From NCBI GenBank assembly GCA_964187785.1, contig OZ076409.1:77378001-77438000 (forward strand): a stretch of DNA of 60,000 nucleotides, in the 5' to 3' direction. The translations under genes and the position numbers were made by a program. Positions 22,521 through 35,490 of this stretch are shown piece after piece. How positions within the stretch are numbered: the first letter of the stretch is position 1; every line of letters begins with the position of its first letter. The stretch is from Amphiscolops sp. MND2022 (Eukaryota). Below the pieces are notes generated by a model. It was given only the letters and a program-made list of their open reading frames with translations, had not been told where the DNA came from and searched no databases.

Positions 22521-25034
22521 GATTGTTTTGGTGTCATTGTGTTCAACCGTTTATAACAAAACTGTCTCCTCGAAATTTGTCTCCCCGAAAAACCCTGTTG
22601 CACAAGGAACTTTTTCGTTATTGAACGTGTTTAAATGTCTAATCCAAATGCGTTCGGGAAATGTTCGAAGCATTTTTCTATGGAAAAACTGCCTTCATCT
22701 CTTCCCAAAAACCTACTGCATAACTATTATCTTCCTTGTCGAGCGTTTTAAGCATTGTAAGTCACGAAATCTATCCATTCTTTGACGCAAAGTGGAAAAC
22801 AACTTTTAGAAATGTACTTTCGGAGTTTCAAGTTGTTGTTTTGGGAGCATTTTGGGCCTTTTTGGGGTCTAAGGGTCAAACTGAAAATTCCCTGAAATCT
22901 CTACAAAGTCATGTCGCTCGGAAGTAAAGTTGCGTTGTTGAACTTTTTGCGTGAAACTGTTTTATTCAGTTATAAATATGGAACATGGCAAAGTTAGGAA
23001 AACAACGCAGCTGATTCAAAGATTTTTCGTTTCCATAAGGAAAATGGGCGGAGGATAACAAACTTGACAGCAGAAATCCATTCAACTACAGTTCGATATC
23101 CAAAACAAAAGTTGCTATTCAGTAGTATATATATACCCTAGTTGACACTGCTGGAACATTTTTACATGCTGCAGGCCTGCATGCAGGGTAATTTTTTTAA
23201 TAAAACCTAGAATATTCAGTAAGGATCCAGTGGTAAATCTTGTAGAATTACACAGCAGTTTCCACTACTGCAATTAAATTTGAAAATGTTTCCTACTTCT
23301 TTTACGGACCCGATCACGTTGTATTCACACATTGATTTCTCAAATACTCATCTGATTTAATCACCGCTTCTCAAATAGGACGCTGAAGATGACGCTAGTT
23401 TGCTGTTTACATTGTGAATGAAGTTAATTTGTATTAAAATGGCGGCAAAAATGTTGACGTCTCAGCTGCATTCAAAATTAGAAGTGATGCATATTGAAAC
23501 TTGCAGAACTTCGCGGCTTGAAATTGCCGCCAAAACTTTGACGACTCTTTAAAGCAGCTTGATAAAAGTTGGCGACAACAGGGAAATATTTACGCATTAG
23601 AGTATCCGTAAGATATTTAGAAAAGCATAATAAAGTTGCTGGCAACATTAAAGTACATGTAAAAAATTCGAGCATGTTCAACAAGGGTTTATATTACTGA
23701 AGTATGTAAGTTATGTATATTACTGCATATTACTGTAAGTTTGTAAGTTACCCTCCCGAAAATTATCCAATAGAACAAGTATGCTCTTATTACAGCGGCT
23801 GCTAAAATGAAAGATTCCCACCTAATATAAATAAAACCCAATTGAATACCTTCGTCTATTTCAAAAGTGTAGAAGCAACTACCTATTCAGATCTTATGTG
23901 CATCTGTCGAAATCTTTGTTTTTGTTTTTCTCCCGGAATAAATTTGCTTGGAATCTTAGATACTTTGTTTTTGAGGCTCCGAGGTTATCAAGAAGTTTCA
24001 ATAGTTCACTTCTACTACCATTTGGGTTTTTGTTTTTGTTTTCACGTGACATAACTTCTGCATTTGTGAAGTTTAGACCTTTTTTTTCTAGAAATCTTTT
24101 CTTCCGAGACCATTCAAATTTCTGCAAGTTCTGCAATTGAACGCTCTTTTGCAGTAAATCAAACTTTTTGCACGACTTTTTGCCTGTGCGGTTTTTTAGC
24201 TTCGGAAATATTTAGTGTTTTCGGCAACTTTCCTTATTTTCTCTACCAACAAAAATTGAAACTAGCCCAAAAGAGATACAAAGCGACGCGTGGTATTGCG
24301 TACATTTATGAGAATTTCGTTAAAATACAAAGTTTGCAATAGGAGATTGCAATAGGCGTACTTAATTTTCAAACTTGTCAGGCAATTTTCTCGAAACCGA
24401 GAATAGTTATGATACAATGTTTTCGTTAAAAGTTGCGCAAGATCGATCTCATATTTCTCAGAACTTAGACCATATACGGAGTCCCTCGTTTCCTAACTTG
24501 AACAATAGTTTCGTAGGCTACATTTTAGTCTAACTCTGCCGTCAAAAATGTTTCTAATTCTGTTTTTTTTTGGGCAAAAAAGTATGGAAAATTTGTCTGA
24601 TTTTTTTTCAATTTGTAGCTCACTAATTCTCAGAACTGAAATAAGATGCGGAGACCATTCTCTCTTAGAACGTACGGTAGGCATGTACGCTATTCGTTTG
24701 AGAATCGAAGTTCCTGATATGACGCTTTGGTTTTTGCCAGAAATAATTGAAAAAGTTTTTGTCTCTCAAAAATGTTCGATATGAGCCAGAAACATTCCTA
24801 TTGGTTCCAGGCCAGTATCTGCAACGTTTTCTAGCATGTTCTGTGCCCTTTTCCTTTTTAAAACGTTTCTACTCGAAGCCAAGCGTGACATTTTGTTGCG
24901 CCTTTGTTTTTTCCAGTTGCCCTTTTTCATTCAATGTGAACTTTTAAGAATTATGATACAATGTTTTTTTGGTTCACGTAGCAAAAGTTTCTCAGTCCCG
25001 TTCTCTGGCATCACAATCAAGCTTGATAACTAAC

Positions 25035-25573
25035 CAGCAAGGATTTCAACGTTTGAAGATGTAATCTCTTTCTGTCTCAGAGCCAAACCATTTGCCGCTA
25101 GGGCGAGAATCAGCAGTACCACTGGAAGTGTAGTCTTCATCAAAGTTTTGAGGACTGCTGTTGCAAGGAGAATGTATTTTCCACAGTACATATTACTGGA
25201 CAACGATTCAAGTAAATTTAAAAGAAGAGCTAGCATCAAATTGGACATGGCGACCCCTTCTTCATCAAAGAATGATCCAGTGATCCAGTGAAAGACAAAA
25301 CTTCCGACAACAAATAATTGCAGCCAAAACTCTTTGACATGATTTTTGTACAGACAAAGCATCTTCGGCAACTCCAGAACCGAATGAATCAAAAAGAGTA
25401 GAAGAAAATAGAATAATGCGATTCCGAAATCCTGCTGCCAAGGTGCGTCGGCTTCGATAAAAGTAACTACGCCGTTACACATCACTGTAACTTCTCCGTT
25501 GAATACTCCTGATATTTGAAGCACTAGACTGGCAATCATCAGAAGAAGTTTCAACAAAGCCATTTTCCAATTT
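25035..25573 (-). CDS. TRPA-like channel exon (transmembrane segments S1-S5)
   Basis: Five hydrophobic stretches including GKYILLATAVLKTLMK...LLILALA. Acceptor TTTTTTAG|A at 25573 and donor G|GTTAGT at 25035; phases fit both neighbours. Confidence 0.85.
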
Positions 25574-26050
25574 CTAAAAAAGATATTTCACAAGCAGCAT
25601 TGGGGCAATTGCTGAGTCTAAACTGCCTAAAGTGCCACCGTATTCCCTTACAAGATTTTCATACTTGGGCTCCGACTAGTAACTTTTATTGTCTCTCGAA
25701 ACTGTGATGGATCCCAAATTAACAACAACATAGATGCAGTTTTTGTGACTCTGCAAGATGGTTAACAATGTTCATGTAATCATTGCGCAAGCTCTCTGAA
25801 AGTACCGTGATGCTTTGAGACCCTTTTTTTGGTTGGGAATTTTCACGCATGAATTATATTTTTGCCTCATTTTTTGTTAAATTGACGTCAAATTGACGAT
25901 GCTGTCTTTGGAGTATCACATTAATATTGGAGGAAGCTAACAAAACACCCTCTGAGAGACAAAAAACTATTTTGAACTAAGATACGGGGTCGGTGCACCG
26001 TTTTAATCGAATATACTATCAAAAAATGGTATGAAGTTTGAACAACTTAC

Positions 26051-26252
26051 GACTGTGAGTATATATGTAGGTATGATAGCAGAAGTGGATGTAATAAAAT
26101 TTGCTTCGATTTTGGCTCTGTGACATCAAGCTCAGATAAGTCAATGAACAACTCGGGTTTCAGTAAAGTGCAGCGTTCACCATCATTCATCCCATTTTCA
26201 AATAGTGTAAAATCCATTCTTGCTTGAAGGTTGGGGTCTTCTTCCGAGAATC
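26051..26252 (-). CDS. TRPA-like channel exon (pre-S1 linker)
   Basis: MDFTLF...ILLHPLLLSYL (TRPA LLxHPL motif); acceptor TCACAG|GA at 26252; donor TC|GTAAGT at 26051. Confidence 0.85.
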
Positions 26253-26807
26253 CTGTGACACAAACCATTCAGTGAAAACTGGGGGGGTTCAAAAAAGAGA
26301 CGCAGTGGCACGGTTTTTCGTTTTTCATATGTTCATAAAATAACACATAAGTCCATATATGCCTTTAGTGAGAATGACCCCCAGCCTTGATAAAGTAGTT
26401 ATGTAAGTTAAACGTTTCTACAGAAATATGGTTCCAAGGGGCAATTTTTTTCAAAAAGTGCAACTTTAGTCCGTTTTTGCAAAGAGCTCAGACTTGTTGC
26501 TGTGGAAACAGCAAATAACGTTTTGAAATCTCAGTTTCAAATATAAATGTGTGAAAACCGGAAAAAAAGTACAAACTTTTGTTTCTCAATAACTTCAACT
26601 CGAACTGAAATGCAATGTGTTGCTTTTTATATAATTAATTCAAGATTCATTTCTTGCCTCTAACTTTTCATGATTTTCATGAGCATAATAATTTTACGGT
26701 GAGTGTAATGTGTCTGTCAACTTTGGTCAAATATTATCAACTAGCTTTTATGAAGATTTTTGAAGCTACTTATTTGAGTAATTTGTTTGATCGTGTACGA
26801 AACTTAC

Positions 26808-27231
26808 CTTCATATTGTACTTGACTGTCGAGAATCTTCAAAACTGTCGATGGGAAGTTCTCTAAAATAGTGGGGAAAACTTTTTTGATGGTCTGCATTG
26901 AGATGCCAGGCTTTTCATCCAACTTCTTATCAGAGCAAGGTATGTTTCCGGGACAATGTGAATTGGAAGCACTTTGAGACGAAACGTCGACTGTAGGGAC
27001 GGTATTGTTGTGTTCCGGTAGATCGTTGAGTAACAGCAGGGTTTCCACCATAACCGAAGTTCCTGCTTTTTTAATTAATTCAGGGTTACTGAGAAGACAT
27101 CTAGGATTTGATGCCACAATTTCAGCTACTTTTCCGACGTTATTGGTCGAGATTAGATCATCTAAGCTGACCTCAGATGATGCTAGGGTGTTGTAGGTTT
27201 CAAGCAAAGAAACTGTTTTCTGAAACAAAAT
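26808..27231 (-). CDS. TRPA-like channel exon (post-ankyrin linker)
   Basis: ILENFPSTVLKILDSQV resembles the TRPA linker. Donor G|GTAAGT at 26808 is in phase with the next exon. Acceptor at 27231 or 27219 (ambiguous). Confidence 0.75.
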
Positions 27232-29144
27232 CTATGAAAAACTAATTTTACCGATGTTTCCAGACACAACACCCAAATGCAAATTTTTAAACAATTTTGA
27301 TTATGTATCATACATGTAGTGATAAGAACCAATGAGAACCACAGTACCTTCTGTCAAATCAACGCATGATCATGAAAAAGTGAAAAAGACTAGGAACTTT
27401 GAAATGTATCGATGAGTTTTACTGCAATGTTATTGTTCCATTCGAAGCGTTTAAAGACTTTTCTCAGACACAACCGATTATCACTGACATCATTCGATGA
27501 TATCGTTGTCAAAGAAAGTGATTCAACGGTACGAAAAATTCAACCAAGTCAACGATTCTGATATCAATTCTGATTTCAATTGGTAAGTGCGGAACCTGTA
27601 CTTTCTAATGACAGGTATCCCTTAAAAAGATAGTTTGCCATGTACGAGAAACATTCTCCTTGTTGCAAAACGTTGCCATACAAACAAGAAAACCTTCAAA
27701 AATCCACAAGTTTCATTGACAGGACCATGTTTCTCATCCAGCATCCAGGGGAGACGTGATATTTTGCAAAATGATTTGAACTAGCAAATATTTCCAGTCT
27801 AACACTTTTCAACCATGACTACTTTCACTTCCGGTTTTATCTTCTGATATTTCATACTAATCTAAACACCAAAACAGAGACAAACTCCAAAATGAAATAA
27901 GTTCTTCCTTTCTCCACTCTAAAATGAAACATTAAAAACAACAGTTAACCCAGCGATCCCAACGGAGTTCATACAATCTAAAATGAAATGAACATACAGA
28001 ATGGTATAGTGGATTCTTTTCGAGCACTTAAGTAGATGTCAAAAATCACTTAAATTACAGTCAAGCAATTTAATAAAATACTCACAACGTTATGACAAAG
28101 CTAAGCTTGTAATTGGTATTTCTATTTTTACCGACCAATAGCGTTGTCCCTTGGCCAAGCTATTTGCACTCAGTCCAATGAGAATGATTTTGATGTGACG
28201 TCATCAGCTGAAAGAACAAGAACGGGCGCCTACGCTCTCCGCAATGTCTCTGTTGGCCGCCGTTCAACTATGCCTAACCTTAATACGTACGGAGACGTTA
28301 CAGAGCAAGTTTTAAAATTGTAACTGTAAAACTGATGCTCAAGTAGGATTTGAAAAGAATTTCCCTAGGAAATGACGCGTTGTAAAGGATCTGAGGGTAA
28401 GTTTAATTGGTGGAAAGTGTACTGTAAGGAAGAATTGTGAGACTGTGTTTGTTATAATGTGTTAGTTTGCACTATGACACCAATCATGAATTTACGTTTA
28501 CCTTACGTTACAAATAGTTTTCCTTCAAAAGATTGCAGTCGAATATTCCAAGGGAACCATGAACCACAGTTTAGTATTCAGTCCTAAAACGTAACCTAAA
28601 GTCATCGTCACCAAATGTACAAAACGTGGTACTATTAATGGAAACATGTCATAGTTTTCCATTTTTTGTGTTATGTATTCGTACTCATGTGGTGGTGCTA
28701 ATTTTCATTTGTGTTCAAGTTAAGCTACATAATTCTCATGTAAGTCTTGTTTTTTAATAACTTGTTCTCGTAAAGAACGTGTTATGTCCGGATTTGTGTT
28801 GGGTTTCTAGTACCTTCGTACAATTTATGCAATTTGACAATGTTAGGCATCTTATGTTTTAGATGCCACAATTTTCAGTAACCTGTTAGTTATTACTTAT
28901 AATGTCCGTAATTTGTTATTCCAGCATCATTTGTTCCTTTTCATCAACATTCAGATTTTTCTCCGCTCCCAAACTTATTTGATTCGTTTCAGCAGCGTTG
29001 CCATTTTTGCGTGTCAGACTTTTGGCTTAATCGTCAAAACTCTCAACTTGGAAATTGAACTGAACTCTAGATCACGCCGGCGTGCCTTCGTCAATGAAAA
29101 CACTGAGCTGACCTTCATTTTGCCACCATTTCAAGTCCGAACAG

Positions 29145-29820
29145 CATTACGATACATGAGCCGCATCGAACTAGCGAGATCTTTGTCTAGATTCGTCACA
29201 GAATTGAAAGTGGTAAATTATTCAGATGTGTAAAACAATCATAATCAATGAAATTTTCACACGAAAATTAGCTGTAAATAATATTTGTTTTTATCTCTAT
29301 TTGTCGGATAGTTCCTCTTCACAGGTTCACAAACAGTTGCCTTGATGATATTTTTTGATCATTAAAAACGTTGAAAGTTCTCAAAACGTATATCAATCAA
29401 GTTCGTATATCATTTAAGTTAAGCAGCGTGAAACAGTCAAAGTTGTTACAGAGTGAATTCAAATTTGAAGCGTCAGCAAGAAATTGTCTAGTATTAATGA
29501 ATTAGTGTAAAGTAGTCAAACTTTGACTACTATCCACTTTTTAAGGAGATTACTTTCTAAATTCGTCAAAAAGTGAATTCTAGTTAAAGTTTGACTAATT
29601 TACAATCGACACAATTTCTTGACTGGAATACACTCTTTACGAATTACACCTAATGACTGAAATTCGTGAATCTGCATTTCACTGCTTGACTGAAATACGC
29701 AATAAAATAGCTAATACACGTTACACTCCTTGACTAATATACCGTTCGTGATTATTTTACACCGAAAAGATACTGCACCTGATGATAAAAGTTCACTTTT
29801 GCGGCTCGTGTATCGTAATG
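29145..29820. mobile_element. Putative non-autonomous TIR element (~676 bp)
   Basis: CATTACGATACATGAGCCGC (29145-29164) is a 19/20 inverted match to GCGGCTCGTGTATCGTAATG (29801-29820); internal AGTCAA/TTGACT reiterations; no clear TSD. Confidence 0.5.
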
Positions 29821-29900
29821 AGGAAATGCATTGGTGTGAACAAAAATGCTTTCAACAAATGACACAGAAAGACGACGCATCTAGGAATTTTGATACCTGA

Positions 29901-30525
29901 TATTACGACGCCGGACTGAAATGATTGAGAATATTAGGGATTCTTAGTGACCAAACCCGAGTTTTATGATACCTATGATTTTTTAGGTCAGAAGCAAATG
30001 ATGCAGGAAAAATATATATAGATGTAGCTAACATGTAAGTTTTAGTTAGTTCTATTGCTGTTTCATGATCAAGCTTTCGTTGCTATAACAAAACATTTCT
30101 TTTTTTCACGAATTCATAAATTCCAAGGGTCTCATCTTTTCAACTAGAAAAATGGCCACCAGAAGCCAGAAACGGAACGCAGTAGCTGAGCTAGTATCGG
30201 GAAAGTTTGAAGCCTATTCAGCTGACAATGATCAAACTGAGAACTGCGTACCCGGTTGGAGTAAATCACCTAAAATTCAATCTGAGAAACTTGACGAGAT
30301 TAAAACGTCCCTAAGAAAAGATCCCATGTCTGATCTAAGATTTCAGCTGAGAACGAGAAATACATGTTAAAACTATTAGTCCCTGCTGTTAAAAAACCAA
30401 TAACTCTTCAAAATCTGTAAAAGTCTCTGATTCTGAACCTGAAAAAGTCTTTCCAAATACAACTTCAACACCAATAAAAACAAAAGCGACTACTTCTAAA
30501 ATTACCCCGATAACGAGTCGTATCA
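29901..30525 (+). mobile_element. Degenerate solo LTR containing the start of a gag-like ORF (MATRSQKR...)
   Basis: Ends TATTACGAC...GTCGTATCA (each one mismatch from TGTTACGAC...GTCGTAACA). ORF from 30152 is homologous to the one at 50303-49908. No TSD seen. Confidence 0.5.
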
Positions 30526-31941
30526 TTTGTTTGACAGTGTTAAGTTTCCTATATTTCCTATACGACAGCAAATTTCTATTGTGGCTGGCGATTTGGGGCA
30601 ACAGTATCATAAATGCCGGGTCTTTTTTGCTGGAAGTGTCAAACAAGCGTAGAGAAAATCTTTTAGTTTTTTAACCAAATTAAACTCTTATATGAGCGCA
30701 GGCCTGTTCAATAATTAATTATGGGTAAGAATATTTATGATCAATAATTCAAAGTGATTTATTTTTACTCTCAAATGAATAAAAATAGGTATTTTTGAAC
30801 CTTTTAAAATTAAAATAATTCTTCTTGAGATAACTAAAACTACGAGCGTTTAATTTAACATGTCGTCAGCCAATTAAGTTCGAGAATTGTTTGCCATATT
30901 GAAAAAACTCAGCCCAGTGATCTTTGAGTCCCATTTTTTTGATGGCTCACTGTGATGTTCAGAGCATAATTCATGTTTTTGTTGATAACCGTTTTCGCTG
31001 AGAATAAAAAGAATTATTTTAGCAAAAAAAGTAAATTACTCATTCTTCACCCTGAAAGTAAAATAATTCGTTTTTAGGCAATAATAACATTCGAATAAAA
31101 TATTGATCACCCCTGTATTAGTGCAAGTGTGTTTTCGTGATGAGGAAATACGAAACGAAGTGTACCTGGGAGGAATGAGAAACATGGTCTCATTGATGTT
31201 CAAAAGACTTTCATTGGTTTGTTTAGTCATGTACTGACTGCAAACTGTGGACATTTGCTTGCTCACAGGCGCGCTAACTTTTTTGTGCAAAGATTCCGTA
31301 TCAATGCCTGGTTTTGTTACCTTCGCAGTTTTTTGTGGCTTATAACAAAAAACTCAACACAAGGCCCAAATGGCCCCTTGGCCCAAATGGCCATAACACA
31401 AGGCCCAAATATGGTTGACACCGTGGCTGTCAGAAGTATGAGGGTTCCCGCCCCAAAAAAATATGCATCTTTACGTCATTTAATATTGTGAAAAATATGC
31501 AAATTCATGGTTTCCAAAATGACTAACATCATAACATTTCTTGTTAGAAATAAAGTTAATATGGTTTTAAAACGTGTCAATTTATCAAGATCACAATCAA
31601 CTGAATAAAAGTGTTTTTGTTGGCTTGCATTGCTTAGGTGATAGAATGAAGTGTGAAAAAACAAGCTGTACCGATGACAAAAACCGTTCATGAAACAAAG
31701 CAAGGTTTGAACTACAATTTGTTTCGAAAATTAGAGTCAACTTTTGAGAAAAACGCAGTTGAAACTTCAATTTTAGGCATCCATTTGAATTTCTCCGAAA
31801 CATGCAGTTGCATATGCGGAATATCAAAGGCTAAAAACATGCAAGAATATGCAAAAATACGTGTCGCATATTCCTGACAGTTATGGTTGACACGCACTGG
31901 TAACGCCTTGAAGACTTGAAAAGATACTTTTATTTCATGCT

Positions 31942-32245
31942 TGTAGTTTCATCTGTATTATTTACTGAGTAGTACCTTGTTTATTGAGTAGTAGAATATA
32001 GTAGAAAATATTCAAGTTCTTGAAAAATACTCAAAGACTTCCTTTCGAAGTTCTGTTGTAGATGCCAGGACAAAAAAGTTAATATGAAGGAAAGTTTCTG
32101 TGGCAGGGCTGCAAATAGAAAATACGAAGCAATACAAACAATAGTTTCGCCGCATGGTCTCGTTAAAAATAGATTTTTGCTTCGCTCTTCTTTCCTAAAC
32201 GGAGCTATCGTAATGTTTACACAAAGGTGTAAAAAAAATCCAACA
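31942..32245 (+). repeat. 5' LTR of the decayed Gypsy element
   Basis: TG...CA termini immediately followed by TGG primer-binding site. Confidence 0.65.
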
Positions 32246-34769
32246 TGGCGCTGCGTGTCGAACCTACGGGGGATCATAATCAGCAATTACCGGCCAACTT
32301 AGTTATTGGGCAGATGCAGCGAAACCACCACATCTTGATTGGGAAAAATGTTCAAATCTCTTTGAGGTCGCTCCTATGGCAAAAAACAATATCGCTATAC
32401 CCGAGTTGACCAATACTACGGAGACGAAAGATGAAAGCTTAATGGACAATATTGAAGAAATACGAGCGACGAAAAAAGCGATCAGTGTACTGTACCTGGC
32501 CCTGGGAACAGCACCTCGAAAAAAATTGCAGATAAATTTCTAACAAGCAATGTCGCGACGGCAAGTCTAACTGACTTCAAAAAAATGCAAGGATTGTTTC
32601 GGAAAGCCGAAGAATGAACCATTGAACACATTCAGCTTCCTCAGTCGTGAACAAAAAAAGGAGAAACCTTACGCCAAGTCTGGAATGAGTTGAAGGGATT
32701 GGCGGAAAATGCAATTTTGGCTGAATAACTGAAAGTCTTGCGAAAGGTGTTTTCATTGTGAACATGATGAACAAAGAAGTTCAGCAAAAGGTGTGTACTG
32801 AATCAGAAGAAACACAGGCAGAAACAATCCAATTCGCAAAAGCGTATGAAGAAGGCACAATCAGACAACAATCTTTTGACAAGATGGAGAAGCGCAACAT
32901 TAAAACAAAAATAAATGAGATGAACCACATTAACCAAGGAGGAAAACGTTGGGGTTCAAACGATGGGGTTTTAGATGTGAAGCAAAGTTTCGCCTCAGAA
33001 CATTTTATAGCATGTAAAGCCATCGGGTATCATGCATGAAATGTCGGCAAAAGGGACATTTTGCAAAGTGTTGCCAAACAAGAGGAGCAGGAAACTTTGC
33101 AAAAAGCAGAACATTAGCCACACCACCACAACGAAGCCAGAGAATTGACTAGCGGGATGAAAGCAGCAAGGATAATGAATCTGTGGTCGACGAGGACAAG
33201 AAAGTTCTGACAATTGGAGGAGACGAAAATGTGAAAAGTACGACGTCTTGAAAAATAAACGGAAGTCCGTTTAAAACAATGGTCGACTCCGGGTCACCCG
33301 TATCAAAATTCGAAACTGATGAGATAAAGGAGATAATGAAACGAAAGACGGTATTTATCCTATAATTGCCCAACGACGAAAAATATGTCAATTCCAACGA
33401 AAGTAAACTCAACTTATTGGGATAATTATTCTGTCAACTAGAAGTAGGCGAGAGATAGCTTCATAAGGCACGGATTTTAAATTCGGAGAGAGGGTCGAAT
33501 CACTAATTGGACGAGATTGGCCCAATGCTCTCAATTACAAAATCGTCTCACTCAATCAAAAACAAGAAAACCACGCTGTATATAGAATTACTACGTAATA
33601 TGAGCGACCAGCAAAATCAGGCAAACCAAGTGAAGCAGCAAAAGCAAGTAAAGTGGAAATTCAGGTTGATATTATTGAACCAGATGAACTGAAAGAACAA
33701 TAAAGACGTGTTCTAACAACAAGGACGTTTAATTGGCCACGAAATGAAAAATGAACTCAAACCAAATGCAAAGTATTGCAACAAAGGTTAGAAGAATACC
33801 CATACAGTTGCAGGAAGCAGTCCCAGAAGAATTCGAGAAATTAGTAGAAGAAGGACATCTAAAGAGCGTTACGGAAGTAATTGATAAAGAATTTATACAG
33901 CGAGAAGTGATGTTGGTAAAAAAAGATGAAAGTGTGAAGTTTCACTTGACGCACGGGCACTAGATAACAAACTAGTGATAGATAAAAATCAGATGCCGAA
34001 CAAAGAAGATTTATTTGATATGATGACAGAGCAACTCGATAACCAAAACAAAGGGACAGCCTGGTATTCATCATTAGATATGCGTTAGGCATATGGACAG
34101 ATGCCAATCCATAAAGAAACAGGAAAATATTGCATTTTCAGGTAATAGGAGGCAAAGCAACAGGAACATAGATTATAAGATTTCAGACAAGGGTTTTGCG
34201 GGCCAACCATAATGCCAACTGATTTTCAGAAAGCAATAGATAACAAGCAATCCGACCTCCAGAATACTTAAGTAATCTTAGACGCTATACTAATCGTGTC
34301 AAACAGAACTAAAGAAAACCGTTGCGATGCTGTGAAACACGTACTAGGAAAATGAATGAAGCGAATATCAGACTGAAATTGGAAAACTGTAACTTTGCAC
34401 AAAGCGGGAAAAAGGCCAATAACCACAAAGATACTAGCAAAAACATACATACTAAAGCAAAAAAGTTCCTGAAAAAGGAATTTCAGGTCAAATTGGGGAG
34501 CGGTAAACCAAATGAGTATATTCATACCTTGTACTGACCAATAGTGCTATGAACTCCGATCACTCCTAAAAAAGGACCAACCATGGAAATGGGAAGAAAA
34601 GTACAATAAAGCATTCGAGGAAATAAACAAACAAGAAAAAAACGAACAACAAAAAGTAGAAGAAGTCGTAAATTTCAAGACAAGCTGTCCAATACAATTT
34701 TTTTGTGACGCAGGCTTAGAAACGGTATTACAACAGCAAGACGAAATTGGATGGAGACCAGGTTCTTAA

Positions 34770-35490
34770 CGCCACAAGAAGATCAAGACGTCCGCTAAGC
34801 AGCGGAAAATTTTCCGCGACACGTTTATTACAAAAAACGTCTGGCAAAGGAGAGGTTCAAACTCACGACCCACTGGCTGGTCAACAAAAAAATCAAGCAC
34901 CAACCCTGGTTCGAACTCAGAACCTACAACCTGACTGAGCACCCATAATTTAAGTAACTCAGTTGTAACTATCGCTGGTAAACTAGTGAAATAGTCAAAT
35001 AACTAAAAATAGCCACCAAGTAACTAAGTGACTCTCCATGGAGTGGAGATGAAGTGGAGTTTTGGTAGACTTTTTAGAAAAAAACGCTTCACAGATCATG
35101 ATTTTTGTGGGCGGTAAAACCTTTCGAAAAACGAACTCGAATTACATGAGGTAGTCTGAGCAGAGGAACACTTTAAAATTTTCCTAGATTGAAAAAAGGA
35201 AATAAACGCAACAAGACGCCCGCTACGCACCGAGATATTTTACGCTCTGTTCGCCTTCACCGACAGAGCCATAGCTATTTTGGGAGGGGGAGAAAGGGAT
35301 TTAATGAATAACATCTAAAATATAGTGATTGTAGATCTTATTCCGTTTAGATCTTATTCCCGCCCTGAAACTTTAGATATTAATCTCTTTTTGACTTCAA
35401 ATATTATTCTCGCTGAATGCTTTTTTATTGACTTGACTATTTTAGTTACTAGTAGCTATATAAATTAGTCAAGTAATCAAAAGGTGGAGA
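34770..35490 (+). mobile_element. 3' fragment (PPT + LTR-like) of another LTR element interrupting RNase H
   Basis: RH coding breaks off ~34770 and resumes ~35490. Strong PPT GGGAGGGGGAGAAAGGGA at 35282-35299 followed by AT-rich LTR-like sequence. Boundaries approximate. Confidence 0.5.

Noticed and set aside
27300..29230. Further upstream TRPA exons
   Set aside because: No open minus-strand frame with ankyrin or TRP-like motifs and compatible splice sites could be identified.
31357..31412. Three GGCCCAAAT repeats
   Set aside because: Too short to classify; likely a fragment of a small repeat.
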